NCBI GenBank assembly: GCA_963664435.2
Contig: CAXXKM010000002.1
Span: 384,001 to 448,000 of the forward strand
From: Longimicrobiales bacterium
GTDB taxonomy: Bacteria > Gemmatimonadota > Gemmatimonadetes > Longimicrobiales > Gaopeijiaceae
Direction of reading: 5' to 3'
Length of the DNA: 64,000 bases
Position numbers and translations under genes: made by a program. The notes beneath the pieces were generated by a model. It saw only the letters and a program-made list of their open reading frames with translations. It was not told where the DNA came from and did no database searches. Numbering within the stretch: position 1 is the stretch's first letter; every line of letters begins with the position of its first letter. Shown in pieces: positions 1 through 9,585 of this stretch.

Positions 1-194
1 GCTCCGCCCGCCTGCACCTCCTGCGCGAGTTCGATCCCGAGGCCGGCCGCAACAAGGACGTCCCCGACCCCTACTACGGGCGCAGGCGCGGGTTCGAGGA
101 GTGCTTCCGGATCGTGGAGCGGTCGTGCCGAGGGTTGCTGGAGAGCTTCAACCACCCTCCAGCACACGCGCCATCCGGCGAATCGCCTCGCTGA
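1..194 (+). CDS. Low-molecular-weight protein-tyrosine phosphatase, C-terminal part (5' end outside window)
   Basis: Frame 3 reads LLREFDP..KDVPDPYYG...FEECFRIVERSCRGLL; DPYY general-acid loop of LMW-PTPs; TGA at 192-194 overlaps the 3' end of the convergent aminotransferase. Confidence 0.8.
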   Translation, partial: SARLHLLREFDPEAGRNKDVPDPYYGRRRGFEECFRIVERSCRGLLESFNHPPAHAPSGESPR

Positions 195-1332
195 GCAGGT
201 CGTCGGAGGTCGCGAAGCTCATGCGCGCGTAGCGGTCGTCGCCGAAGGCCGAGCCCGGGACCAGGGCCACGCCGGCCTCCTCCAGCACGCGGGTGCAGAA
301 GTCGCTCGACCCCTGGCCGGGGCCACAGGCCGAGTCCACCCGGAAGAAGAGGTAGAAGGCGCCGCCGGGCTCCACGAACGACAGCTCGGGCAGGAGCTCG
401 CGCATCAGGGAGACGACCAGGCGCTGACGCCGCCTGTACGCCTTCGCCATCTGCCCGATGTCCTCGAGCGAGCGCTCCACGTTGCCGTAGGCTGCGAGCG
501 CCGCAAGCTGCGACGGGGTGGCGGGATTGGAGGTGGCATGGCTCTGGAAGGCGGCCATCTTCTTCGCGCCGGCTCCCTCGCAATAGGAGAAGCCGATGCG
601 CCATCCGGTCATCGCGAAGGCCTTGGAGACGCCGTCGATGAGCACGAAGGGACCGACATCCTCCGGGTCCAGCTCCAAGAGCCCCGGCGCCGTCCCGTCG
701 CCGTCGAAGTGAATGTGGCGGTAGATCTCGTCGTTGATCAGGCGGACGTCGTTGTCCCGGGCCCAGCGCGCCACTGCGGCGAGTTCGGCGCGCGTGTAGA
801 CGGCTCCCGTGGGATTGCTGGGCGAACACATGATCAACCCGCGGGTGCGCTCCGTGCGGGCGGCCTCCAGGTCCTGGGGACGAAGCAGGAAGTTCTTCTC
901 CGCGGGCCCCTGGACGAAGACGGGCTCGGCGCGCGAAAGCGTCACCATCTCCGGATAGCTGGTCCAGTAGGGCGAGGCGATCATGACCTCGTCGCCCGGT
1001 CCGAAGAAGGTGAAGCAGGCGTTGAAGAGGGCCTGCTTGGCCCCGGCGGTGACCACCACGTCGCCCCAGGCGGCTTCCGCGCCCCGCGCGACGAGCGAAT
1101 CCGCAATGGCGGCGCGCAGCTCCGGCATTCCGGCGGCAGGGGTGTAGCGAGTGGCGCCCGCACGCACCCCCTCCACGGCCGCATCCACCAGCCAGGACGG
1201 GGTATCGAAGTCGGGCTCGCCGGCGCTCAGGTCGATGATATCCCGCCCTTCCGCGCGCAGGCGCTTCGCAAGCGAGCTGACGGCCATGGTGGCGGACGGC
1301 TGGAGTCGGGCGACGTTCTCGCTGAATGTCAT
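148..1332 (-). CDS. PLP-dependent class I/II aminotransferase (aspartate aminotransferase-like)
   Basis: LSAGEPDFDTP, SPSNPTG, DEIY and SKAFAMTGWRIG (PLP lysine) motifs; 394 aa. Confidence 0.95.
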   Translation of the reverse strand: MTFSENVARLQPSATMAVSSLAKRLRAEGRDIIDLSAGEPDFDTPSWLVDAAVEGVRAGATRYTPAAGMPELRAAIADSLVARGAEAAWGDVVVTAGAKQALFNACFTFFGPGDEVMIASPYWTSYPEMVTLSRAEPVFVQGPAEKNFLLRPQDLEAARTERTRGLIMCSPSNPTGAVYTRAELAAVARWARDNDVRLINDEIYRHIHFDGDGTAPGLLELDPEDVGPFVLIDGVSKAFAMTGWRIGFSYCEGAGAKKMAAFQSHATSNPATPSQLAALAAYGNVERSLEDIGQMAKAYRRRQRLVVSLMRELLPELSFVEPGGAFYLFFRVDSACGPGQGSSDFCTRVLEEAGVALVPGSAFGDDRYARMSFATSDDLLSEAIRRMARVLEGG

Positions 1333-1517
1333 GGGCGGCGGATCGATGGGAAGGGACGGTCGGCAGGGGATTCGCCCCGGGGACGCTCCCGCCCCGGCGC
1401 GCCACCAAGTTGCCCCGGAGAGCGCCGGCGATCAAGCGGCGAAGCGAGCGCGGCGGAACGGGGCGGCGGTCATGCGCCGCGTTGCAGCACCTTGCGCGGC
1501 CCGCGAGATTCCGCCCC

Positions 1518-2099
1518 ATGGAGGAAGCCGAGGTCATCTTCTACTTCGACTATGTCGATCCCGCGTGCTACCTGCTGGACCAGGTGCTCCGCGCCCTGGT
1601 ACCGGACGGGGTGACGCTGGCCCGCCGTCCGTTCGAGCTCCGACGCCCCCCGTTGCGGCCGATCGACCCCGAAACCGAAGCGTGGCAGGCCCGTTGCCGG
1701 GCAGTTCGAAGGGGAGCGGTGGACTACGGGCTGGCGATACCGATTCCCCTCCGGATGCCGTGGAGCCGCAAGGCGCACGAGTTGTGTCTGCACGCGCGCG
1801 CGAAGGGTTGCTGCGAAGCGATGCATGCGGCACTGTTCCGGACGTTCTTTGAAGGGAAGGCGGACATCGGCCGCATCGACGTGCTGATCGCGCTGGCGGA
1901 AGAGGTGGGGCTGGACGCCACCGAGGCGAGGGCGGTGCTCGATGTGGACCGCTACGCGGCGGAAATCGAGGAGATGCGCGAGGCCGCGCTGCGCGGCGGA
2001 GTACGGGGACCGCCCACGGTCGAGGCGGGCGGCCGCAGACTCGAAGGGCTGCCCGACCGCCGCGAACTGCTTCGCTTTCTCCGCGCGACCGCATCCTGA
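1518..2099 (+). CDS. DsbA/FrnE-like thioredoxin-fold protein
   Basis: YFDYVDPACY, ALFRTFF, DIGRIDVL and GVRGPPT motifs; ATG at 1518 chosen; only one Cys in the CxxC position. Confidence 0.8.
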   Translation: MEEAEVIFYFDYVDPACYLLDQVLRALVPDGVTLARRPFELRRPPLRPIDPETEAWQARCRAVRRGAVDYGLAIPIPLRMPWSRKAHELCLHARAKGCCEAMHAALFRTFFEGKADIGRIDVLIALAEEVGLDATEARAVLDVDRYAAEIEEMREAALRGGVRGPPTVEAGGRRLEGLPDRRELLRFLRATAS

Positions 2100-2164
2100 C
2101 GGGGAATCGAGCAAGGGTCGCGGGACCCTGGAATCGGACACCAACCAGCGAGCAAGAGAGGCAG

Positions 2165-2467
2165 ATGGCCGGATATCAGAGGAAAACGGCGCTTTCGCCG
2201 GCCGGAGTGATGGCGCGGGCCGAAGAGATCCTCCCGGACCGTGTCGGGCTGGCCCGCTCCCGGGGTTCGTCGCACGAGGCGACCTACGCGGGCGAGGAGG
2301 GAACCCTCACGCTCACGGTTCACCGCCACGGGATGTATACGTCGGTGACCGCCTCGACGGACCGGCTACGCACCTCCCGCATCGACTACGAGATCCAGAA
2401 GTTCCTCAACAACCTGCCCTACGAGCCGGGTGACAAGGGCGGGCCGGGGTCCGGGGATCCGTCCTGA
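2165..2467 (+). CDS. Hypothetical protein
   Basis: 100 aa ORF with GAGG RBS, host-like codon usage, 2 nt before the next gene. Confidence 0.65.
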   Translation: MAGYQRKTALSPAGVMARAEEILPDRVGLARSRGSSHEATYAGEEGTLTLTVHRHGMYTSVTASTDRLRTSRIDYEIQKFLNNLPYEPGDKGGPGSGDPS

Positions 2468-2469
2468 TC

Positions 2470-4095
2470 GTGGACTCCTTCGAGGAACTCGGTCTCCCGC
2501 CGGAGCTGGTGGAAGCCCTTGCCGCCGAGGGCATCGAGCGCCCCACTCCGCTGCAGAGGGATGTGATCCCGCTTCTGCGGCGCGGCAACAACGCGCTCGT
2601 GCGGGCCGGGCCGGGCAGCGGAACGCTGGTGGGGTACGGTGCGCCCCTGCTCGAGCGGGTCGACGCGGGGGGAGCGATGCCGAGGGCGGTCGTGCTCACC
2701 GCTTCGGCGGCGGCGGCGGCGGCGCTGGCAACCTCCCTCGGGCGGCTCGCGATCGCGACCGGACACGCGGTGGCTGCCCTGGGATCGCCCTGGGCTTCCC
2801 CGGAACGTTCCGACATCCTCTTTGCCACCGCCCCCGACTTGCTTGCGGCGGTGCAGAGTTCCCGGCTGCGACTGGAGGACCTTCGGGCGCTGGTGGTGGA
2901 CGGGGCCGCGACCATCCAGCGATCGGACGGCCTCGATGATCTCGAGACGCTGATCGCTTTCCTGCCGGCGGCGGCGCAGCGGGTCGTTGTTTCGCTGCCG
3001 GTCACCCCGGAGGTGGCATCGTTCGCGCGTGCGCACGCCAGAAAAGCGGGGCACGTGGCGGGGTCCGGCCTCCCGTCGGAGGCGGAGGCGGGGCCGGTTC
3101 GCGGCATCATCCGTTATCGCATCTGCCGCAAGGATGATGTCGATATCGTTCGAACCGCGTCCGAAATCCTGGAGGAGGGCGCGCGCCACGTGCTGGTCTT
3201 CTGCGCCTCCGACGATCGTGCCGCGGATGTGGGCGATCTGCTGTCGCTGCACGGCTTTCAGGCGGGCGCTGCGGGCGATCCCGACGCGCCGATCTGGCTT
3301 TCGGCCGAGGACGATGGCACCGGACCCTCCATCCTCGAGGGAATGGACGGCGCGGGGGGCGTCGCGACGTTGAGCGTCGACGTGCCGGCCGGGGCCGATG
3401 CGCTGCATCGTCGACACGGTCCGGGAGGCACGGCCGCGGTGCTGGTGCTGGGTCGGGAACTGGCGCACCTGAAGGCGATCGCGGCCGAGGCGGGCTGCAG
3501 CCCGCGACCGCTTCCGATACCTCCCCACACCCACGCCCACTCCGCGATTGAGCGCAGGCGATCCGAGCTGCTCCGCGTTCTGGAGAAGGAAGACCTCGCC
3601 TCGGAAATGCTCCTTCTGGCCCCGGTGTTCGAGCGCTACGACCCGGTGGAGGTTGCGGCGGCCGCAAGCCGCTTGGCGGGACGGGCCGCGAAGAACCCCG
3701 CGGCGCATGGCAGGCGAGGCGGAGCAGAGCCTGGCGGGGACGCCGCCAGACCCGCGTCGCCCCCGGCCGCGGTCGAGCTTCCGGTTCGCGCCAAGGCCTG
3801 GGTACGCCTGTTCATGAGCGTGGGCTCGCGGGAGGGAATCGGACCGGGCGACCTGCTGCAGGCCGCCGTGGACGCGGCCGGAATCGAACGCGGACAGGTA
3901 GGCAGAATCGAGATCGAGGAGACCTTCACCCGCGTCGAGATCCGCCAACAGGTGGCTGAAAAGGTGGTTCGCGCCCTGAACGGAACGACTCTGGGCGGGC
4001 GCAGCGTGCGGGTGGACTACCACCGCGAGCCCGCGCGCGGCCCTTCCCGGCCGAAGGGCGGCCCGGGCCGCCGACGCATCAAGCCCCGGTCGTGA
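2470..4095 (+). CDS. DEAD-box helicase-like protein with C-terminal DbpA RNA-binding domain (catalytic motifs degenerate)
   Basis: Q-motif region FEELGL..GIERPTPLQ; C-terminal RLFMSVGSREGIGPGDL..VGRIEI DbpA-type domain; motifs I and II altered (GSGTL, VVDGA). Confidence 0.8.
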   Translation: MDSFEELGLPPELVEALAAEGIERPTPLQRDVIPLLRRGNNALVRAGPGSGTLVGYGAPLLERVDAGGAMPRAVVLTASAAAAAALATSLGRLAIATGHAVAALGSPWASPERSDILFATAPDLLAAVQSSRLRLEDLRALVVDGAATIQRSDGLDDLETLIAFLPAAAQRVVVSLPVTPEVASFARAHARKAGHVAGSGLPSEAEAGPVRGIIRYRICRKDDVDIVRTASEILEEGARHVLVFCASDDRAADVGDLLSLHGFQAGAAGDPDAPIWLSAEDDGTGPSILEGMDGAGGVATLSVDVPAGADALHRRHGPGGTAAVLVLGRELAHLKAIAAEAGCSPRPLPIPPHTHAHSAIERRRSELLRVLEKEDLASEMLLLAPVFERYDPVEVAAAASRLAGRAAKNPAAHGRRGGAEPGGDAARPASPPAAVELPVRAKAWVRLFMSVGSREGIGPGDLLQAAVDAAGIERGQVGRIEIEETFTRVEIRQQVAEKVVRALNGTTLGGRSVRVDYHREPARGPSRPKGGPGRRRIKPRS

Positions 4096-4137
4096 GCGCC
4101 GGGAATACGGAACCCCTCACGATCAGGACCGCATGAC

Positions 4138-5154
4138 GTGAGCGCCTCCACGAACGGTTCGTTCTCGAGGTGGATGGCGCTGATGGCCGTTTATTTCGTG
4201 GTCGTGAATGCGATCGGCGTTGCGGGGTACATGTACCTCGAGGGCTGGCCGTTCCACGACGCCCTCTACATGACCGTCATCACGCTGACCGCGGTGGGGT
4301 ATCACGAGGTCGCCCCGCTCTCCGCGGCCGGGCGCAATTTCACCATGGGCCTGCTCGCCCTGGGACTGACCGGACTCGGCCTCTGGTTCGCCCTGATTAC
4401 GGCGTTCTTCATCGAAATGGATCTGGCGGCCACGCTTCAACGACGGCGCACCATGAAAACCATCGCCAAGCTGAGAGACCACGTTATCGTGTGCGGATGC
4501 GGTCGCACGGGACGGCAGGTCCTGTTCGAACTGGAGCAGTCGGAGCTCGACTTCGTCGTACTCGAAGTCGACCCCGACAGGGTGCGCACGATCCGCGACA
4601 GACATCCCGGAGTTCGGGTGATCGAGGGCGACGCCGCCAGGGACAAGATCCTCGAGAGCGCAGGCATTCGGCACGCCCGCGGCCTCATCACCTGCCTGAG
4701 CGAGGACGCGGACAACCTGTTCGTGTGCCTGTCCGCGCGCGTACTGAACTCCGAACTGACCGTGGTCGCGCGGGCCGACGACCGCGAAACCACCGCCAAG
4801 ATGTACCGGGCGGGCGCAAACCATGTCGTCAGCCCCAACGTCAGCGGCGGCGTCGCCATGGCCGCGATGCTGGTTCGCCCGTCGGCGACCACGCTGCTGG
4901 AGATCGGCAACCGCCTGCAGGAATTGAATCTGCGTACGGAACAGGTCGCCCTGGGCACGAGGTCGCCGGCGGTGGGAAAGGCGCTCGACGCGACACGCAT
5001 TCGCGAGTCGATGGTCGTGGTGGCCCTCCTGCGGGGAGCGGATCAGAAGGAGATCACGTTCAATCCGAAGGGGAGCACCACGCTCCAGGTCGGGGACGAA
5101 CTGGTGGTCATGGGAACGCCCGGGCAGCTGCAGCGACTGGGGCGGTGGGCGTAG
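4138..5154 (+). CDS. Potassium channel family protein (2TM pore + TrkA-N/TrkA-C RCK domains)
   Basis: DALYMTVITLTAVGY pore helix/filter, HVIVCGCGRTG Rossmann motif, AGANHVVSP. Confidence 0.9.
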   Translation: MSASTNGSFSRWMALMAVYFVVVNAIGVAGYMYLEGWPFHDALYMTVITLTAVGYHEVAPLSAAGRNFTMGLLALGLTGLGLWFALITAFFIEMDLAATLQRRRTMKTIAKLRDHVIVCGCGRTGRQVLFELEQSELDFVVLEVDPDRVRTIRDRHPGVRVIEGDAARDKILESAGIRHARGLITCLSEDADNLFVCLSARVLNSELTVVARADDRETTAKMYRAGANHVVSPNVSGGVAMAAMLVRPSATTLLEIGNRLQELNLRTEQVALGTRSPAVGKALDATRIRESMVVVALLRGADQKEITFNPKGSTTLQVGDELVVMGTPGQLQRLGRWA

Positions 5155-5240
5155 GGGCGGGGGCGTAGGGGCGGGGGCGTAGGGGCGGGGACGTAGGGGC
5201 GGGGACGTAGGGGCGGGGACGTACGGGCGGGGGCGTAGGG
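5150..5240 (+). repeat. 14-bp G-rich tandem repeat, about 6.5 copies of CGTAGGGGCGGGG(G/A)
   Basis: Units start at 5150, 5164, 5178, 5192, 5206 and 5220, with a partial unit at 5234. Confidence 0.95.
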
Positions 5241-5348
5241 CGGCGGAAGTCGCGCGGTCCCCAGCCGGGATTCTGAACGAGCCTGCGAGGGGATCGGCCC
5301 TTCAGACGGGCCCGGCCGTCCGCAGGCCGCAACTCGCTCGCGCCGGTG

Positions 5349-5555
5349 CTATTCCTCGTCGCGGGTTCCGCAGCACCCGCTTTTTCGGAGCAGCGTCCAG
5401 ACGAGCCAGACGGCTCCGGCGATCAACAGCAGCTTGAACCCAAAGGCGAAGGCCGCCGCCAGGAGCCCCAGCAGCGGGACGACAATCACCCCCAGCAGCT
5501 TCATAAGCAGGACCGCGGCGATTCCCACCGCGGACAGCTGAGCAAACCTCTTCAT
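5349..5555 (-). CDS. Small membrane protein
   Basis: 68 aa, almost entirely hydrophobic, AAGGGA RBS. Confidence 0.7.
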   Translation of the reverse strand: MKRFAQLSAVGIAAVLLMKLLGVIVVPLLGLLAAAFAFGFKLLLIAGAVWLVWTLLRKSGCCGTRDEE

Positions 5556-5992
5556 TTCCCTTCTCCGTTCGTCGGGTTTCGTGTCCGCCGCCGTACGTCG
5601 GTTCCTCGCCGAAGTTTCCGCGCCCTGACCGGGTCAAGATAACGCCTCTCTCCTGCCCGGACACCGACGCATTCATCCACACCGGCGCACCCCGCCATTG
5701 ACTCGCCCGGATTCCGCACTTCGGTACGCGTCGTGGATGAGTGACCCGCGAACAGGCACCGATTCGCGGATGCCGGGCTTTCGGTTCGCTCGCGGAGAGC
5801 ACGCGGAAGAGCCGCGCTGACCGCCACCCCCACGAGCACACCATGTCGATACATCCAGGCCCGAACCCGACGTGATTGCGGCTTCCGGGAGCTCTCGCAG
5901 CGCGATCCAGCCACTTGCGCGAATCGGATGTTCCGCTCACGCGGGCCGACAGACCGGCCCGCACAGTCAAATCCTTGGAAGGAGAGAGAGCC

Positions 5993-6244
5993 ATGATCGG
6001 CACAACCAGACGATTCGTCCGCTTGACCGGAGCCAGCCTCGCCCTGATGGTGGCGCTGGCGTTGGGCGCCGGACCGGGGCTGGCGGCACAGCAGAGAGTA
6101 GGCGGAGGGTGCCTGGGCGCAGCCGTAGTAGACTACGGAGAGTGCCTCGGGAATGCGGGGGGCTTCTGGGACCGTATGAAATGCACGGTTGTACTGATTC
6201 TGGACGCGACGGACTGCGTCACCGAAGTACTGATCGGCTTCTGA
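5993..6244 (+). CDS. Secreted Cys-rich peptide 1 (83 aa, CX10C-X12-CX10C)
   Basis: GGAGAG RBS, signal peptide ending ALALGAGPGLA, four regularly spaced Cys. Confidence 0.75.
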   Translation: MIGTTRRFVRLTGASLALMVALALGAGPGLAAQQRVGGGCLGAAVVDYGECLGNAGGFWDRMKCTVVLILDATDCVTEVLIGF

Positions 6245-6355
6245 TCGTCCCAGTCGTGTTTCCGACCAGTGCGGACGACCGTATGGATCCGGCCCGGACA
6301 ACCGCACCGACCTTCTCCACTTGATCATCCACCTCAATCCCACGGGAGATTAGCC

Positions 6356-6649
6356 ATGATGCGCGCAAGAAACCTTCTAATGCGAACCACGGGACTCGGT
6401 CTCGCACTCGTAACGGCTCTGGCTCTTGGAGCTGGACCACTGCTGGCGGAGTGCACAAACCGAGACGGCACTTCCCGCGACTGCACCCCCAGCGAAAAGT
6501 ACTACCGCTGCATGGACGGTGCCGATGACGCCCGCGCACAGTGTAGCGCGGGACAGGGCACCAGGGGTCGCATAGGATGCTGGCTTTTCTGGGGCTTTGA
6601 CGCCGCAGGTTGCAGCGCCACACTTTACACGGCCATTCTCATCAGCTAG
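6356..6649 (+). CDS. Secreted Cys-rich peptide 2 (97 aa, 6 Cys including CX10C-X11-CX10C)
   Basis: GGAG RBS, signal peptide ending ALALGAGPLLA, paralogous to peptide 1. Confidence 0.75.
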   Translation: MMRARNLLMRTTGLGLALVTALALGAGPLLAECTNRDGTSRDCTPSEKYYRCMDGADDARAQCSAGQGTRGRIGCWLFWGFDAAGCSATLYTAILIS

Positions 6650-6687
6650 AGCATCGGGTGGCGAGTCAGTATTCCGGCTGGCGGGGT

Positions 6688-6723
6688 TGCTCCAGGTCCG
6701 GTGGGAGTGCCGGATCTGGAGCA
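6688..6723 (+). terminator. 14-bp stem-loop downstream of the peptide genes (terminator or mRNA-stabilising hairpin)
   Basis: TGCTCCAGGTCCGG-N8-CCGGATCTGGAGCA; no clear U-tract. Confidence 0.45.
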
Positions 6724-6937
6724 CCTTGCGCCCGACCAGGCCCGGATGGCCGCCCCCTGCGATCTCCGACCACCGGTTTCGCGCCAATGGGACCTGGGGT
6801 GTTCTCATCCAGGCATGTTCAACACGCAGCGTCTGGGCGATCATTATAGTGAGCGGCCGCGCTGGGATGCCATGGATCGTGAAGACTGCCGACGCCCTGG
6901 CTTCCGCGACGGAACGCATAACTCTCGCGAATAGGAG

Positions 6938-8056
6938 TTGATATTCATGAGCGGCACGACAGAACAGGCCGGTGTACGGCCTGCCTCATCGTTGATGTGG
7001 GTTGCGCTTGCGGCCGCCGCGCTGGCTCTGCTGTGGAGCGTTGCAGATGTCTGGCGGGCTCGGACTGCTACTCGTGCGACCGACGATCCCAATGGTAACT
7101 CGATCGCGGTCTTGCAATCGGGACAGCCCCTCGAAGCTCCTCCGGGGACTCCTCTCTTTGAGAATGTGTTGTCGGTGGAGGACGCGGTGTTCCACAACGG
7201 CATCTGGTTCGTGCTGGACATACTCGGAAACCGCGTTCATCGACTCGCTTCCGACGGAACGCTGTTGGGAAGTTTTGGCAGGGAAGGCAGTGGACCCGGG
7301 GAATTCAGAGGACCACCTACTGCCATCGGCCTGCGTGGGGATACGATCGTCGTGACGGAGCACGGTGTGAACTCTTATCACTTGTACTCTCTTGAGGGAG
7401 CTCCCATCGAAGACCGTTTACTTCGCCTGGACGCGTGCCTGGTGCCACAGATCCTTGATGTCGCGTCGGCGTCGATGGGCTTGTTGTTCCTGGTGACGTG
7501 CACGCAAGCGGATATGCGCGTTGAGTCGAGGGTGCTTCTCGAAAGGAACGATGGATTCATCAGGACCGTCGCCACGCGGGTTCCCGCGCGCGAGGGACCC
7601 ATTGTCGTCGACGCCTTCACCCAACCCCTGCTGAGCGCGCACCCGGATGGATTTGTGTTTGGTAATCCGAAAGAGGAATGTCTGAGTGTCTATGACACAG
7701 AAGGCGACGTGCTTGAGTCGGTTTGTCACGACTGGCTGACACCGATTACCGCTCCGCGGGCGCTTGTGAACGAGATGGATGCTGCGCTGGCGAGTCGACT
7801 CGATGTCGATTGGATCCTTCCCGATCGGTTCTTTCCTATCGTAGCGGTCTTCGTAACCATGGATGAACAATGGATTTACCGGGTGCTTGCGTCTGACGAC
7901 CCGGAAAGCTATGAACTGGTCACGGCCGATGCCGGTGAGCGCATCCCGTCCGTCCCGCGCGCGAGATACGTCGTCGCACACGAAGAATCGGTTCTCGCAG
8001 GTTGGGAGGATATCGAAGGCACGCGAATTGCCATCTACCCACTGGAGGATCGTTGA
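6938..8056 (+). CDS. Membrane-anchored 6-bladed beta-propeller (NHL-like) protein
   Basis: N-terminal TM helix; signature FGREGSGPGEF..P..I; propeller-like repeats. Confidence 0.75.
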   Translation: MIFMSGTTEQAGVRPASSLMWVALAAAALALLWSVADVWRARTATRATDDPNGNSIAVLQSGQPLEAPPGTPLFENVLSVEDAVFHNGIWFVLDILGNRVHRLASDGTLLGSFGREGSGPGEFRGPPTAIGLRGDTIVVTEHGVNSYHLYSLEGAPIEDRLLRLDACLVPQILDVASASMGLLFLVTCTQADMRVESRVLLERNDGFIRTVATRVPAREGPIVVDAFTQPLLSAHPDGFVFGNPKEECLSVYDTEGDVLESVCHDWLTPITAPRALVNEMDAALASRLDVDWILPDRFFPIVAVFVTMDEQWIYRVLASDDPESYELVTADAGERIPSVPRARYVVAHEESVLAGWEDIEGTRIAIYPLEDR

Positions 8057-8057
8057 G

Positions 8058-8792
8058 ATGGCCAACCTGCCCGCGGACATACTCATCCAGGGCGTCAGCG
8101 TTTCCTACCGGAAGCTGTTTCGCCCGCGTCGAGTGCTATCGGACATCGATCTCATGGCCCAACGCGGTGAAATCACGGCCATCGTTGGCCCCAACGGCGC
8201 AGGGAAAACTACCTTGTTCAGAACTCTCCTGGGATTCCTTGCGCCGGATTCCGGCCGGTGTCTCATCGGTGGCCTTCCGGCCGGCGACTATCGGGAGCAG
8301 TTCGGCATCGCATACCAGCCTGAATCAATTCAGTTTCCGAGCCTGTGGAACGCGCGCGATCTGCTTGGTCGGGGAGTCGATCTCAGCCGCCTTTCTGCGA
8401 GCGAGCGGGACGAGGCATATCGCAGAGCCGTTGCTCGAAGTCGGTTCGATTCCACCACCTTGTCGAGGACTGCTCGACGATACTCCAGAGGGATGAAAAG
8501 GAGATTGTCTTTGGCTTACGCACTTATAGCCGAACCCGCGGTCTTGTTGCTCGATGAACCGTTTTCGGGGCTCGATCCACCGTCTCGTCACGTCCTTCGG
8601 AAGGAGATCATGGACGCCCGGCAACGAGGCGCCACGGTGGTGCTGGCCAGCCACGAACTTGCCGAAGTCGAACGGCTGGCCAACCGGGCGTTCATTCTGG
8701 AGAACGGAACGATCCGTCCGGGCCCGGACCTCACGCCGGCCGACGCACCGATCGTAACCGCATTGGAGTCTGAATTCACCGGAAGTGAATAA
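8058..8792 (+). CDS. ABC transporter ATP-binding protein
   Basis: Walker A GPNGAGKTT, signature YSRGMKRR, Walker B LLLDEP, H-loop SH; ATG at 8058. Confidence 0.95.
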   Translation: MANLPADILIQGVSVSYRKLFRPRRVLSDIDLMAQRGEITAIVGPNGAGKTTLFRTLLGFLAPDSGRCLIGGLPAGDYREQFGIAYQPESIQFPSLWNARDLLGRGVDLSRLSASERDEAYRRAVARSRFDSTTLSRTARRYSRGMKRRLSLAYALIAEPAVLLLDEPFSGLDPPSRHVLRKEIMDARQRGATVVLASHELAEVERLANRAFILENGTIRPGPDLTPADAPIVTALESEFTGSE

Positions 8793-9534
8793 TAACATGC
8801 ATACTTCCCTGGCCAGACGAACCGTCCTTTTGATCCAATCTCGTTTCAAGGCCCTTCTCCTGACGGTCCTGGCAATTCAGATTACCGAGTTCCGCCGCCT
8901 GACAGGCGGTGATATCTCGGCCATGCTGGCGAGCGGGATCGACACCTATTCGCTGCTTTGTCTTGCTTTCCCGTTCATCTTCATGGCCGGCGTTGTCTCC
9001 GGAGACTTCAGAACCGGTGTGGCGCGACTATGGTTACAGAAGCCAGTCGATCCGGTGCGTTTCTATCTATGCAGGTTTGCCGAGCGCTTCCTGGTTGCGC
9101 TGGCATGCGCGCTGCTCACCCTTGGTGCGATTCGGCTGGGCACGGTGGCACTCGGCGCACCCGACGAGGTCGGATTGCTACTCGGCCGTCTGCCATATGT
9201 GCTCGTCCTGGCATGCGTCACGTTTGGCTTCTCGTGCTGGATCTCGCGAGGATCGACTCTGGTGGCGATCGGCTTTTTGTCAGCGGGAGCCGTGGCTCAC
9301 CAGGTGGCGTGGCCCGGTCAACTCGGCCGCCCCTGGAATTGGCTGTTCGAGGCAATACTCGTTCCGATTCCCGCCATTGGAGAATTCCGTGACTTCCTGG
9401 TCGGCGTGTCCGATGCCGTCTGGATCCCGCTCGCGCAAATCCTGACCTACAGCGTCGGATGGACGGGTCTTGGAGCGATGGGCGTCTGGTACACGGTCAA
9501 CAAGGGCAGGCTGCCCCATGCGGAGCAGTCCTGA
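8785..9534 (+). CDS. ABC-2 type transporter permease
   Basis: About 6 TM segments; VSGDFRTGVARLWLQKPV motif; overlaps the ATPase stop. Confidence 0.8.
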   Translation: MNNNMHTSLARRTVLLIQSRFKALLLTVLAIQITEFRRLTGGDISAMLASGIDTYSLLCLAFPFIFMAGVVSGDFRTGVARLWLQKPVDPVRFYLCRFAERFLVALACALLTLGAIRLGTVALGAPDEVGLLLGRLPYVLVLACVTFGFSCWISRGSTLVAIGFLSAGAVAHQVAWPGQLGRPWNWLFEAILVPIPAIGEFRDFLVGVSDAVWIPLAQILTYSVGWTGLGAMGVWYTVNKGRLPHAEQS

Positions 9535-9585
9535 GCATGCTGGATCCCGCACCGCTTGCCGTCATCCGGGTGGCCGAAGGCCAAC

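Noticed and set aside
4280..4312. Unusual K+ filter TAVGYH as a novel selectivity
   Set aside because: Variation after GY/GF is common in this RCK-channel family; not enough evidence
5753..5770. Sigma-54 promoter upstream of the peptide genes (GGCACCGATTCGC)
   Set aside because: GG-to-GC spacing is 9 nt rather than the required 10
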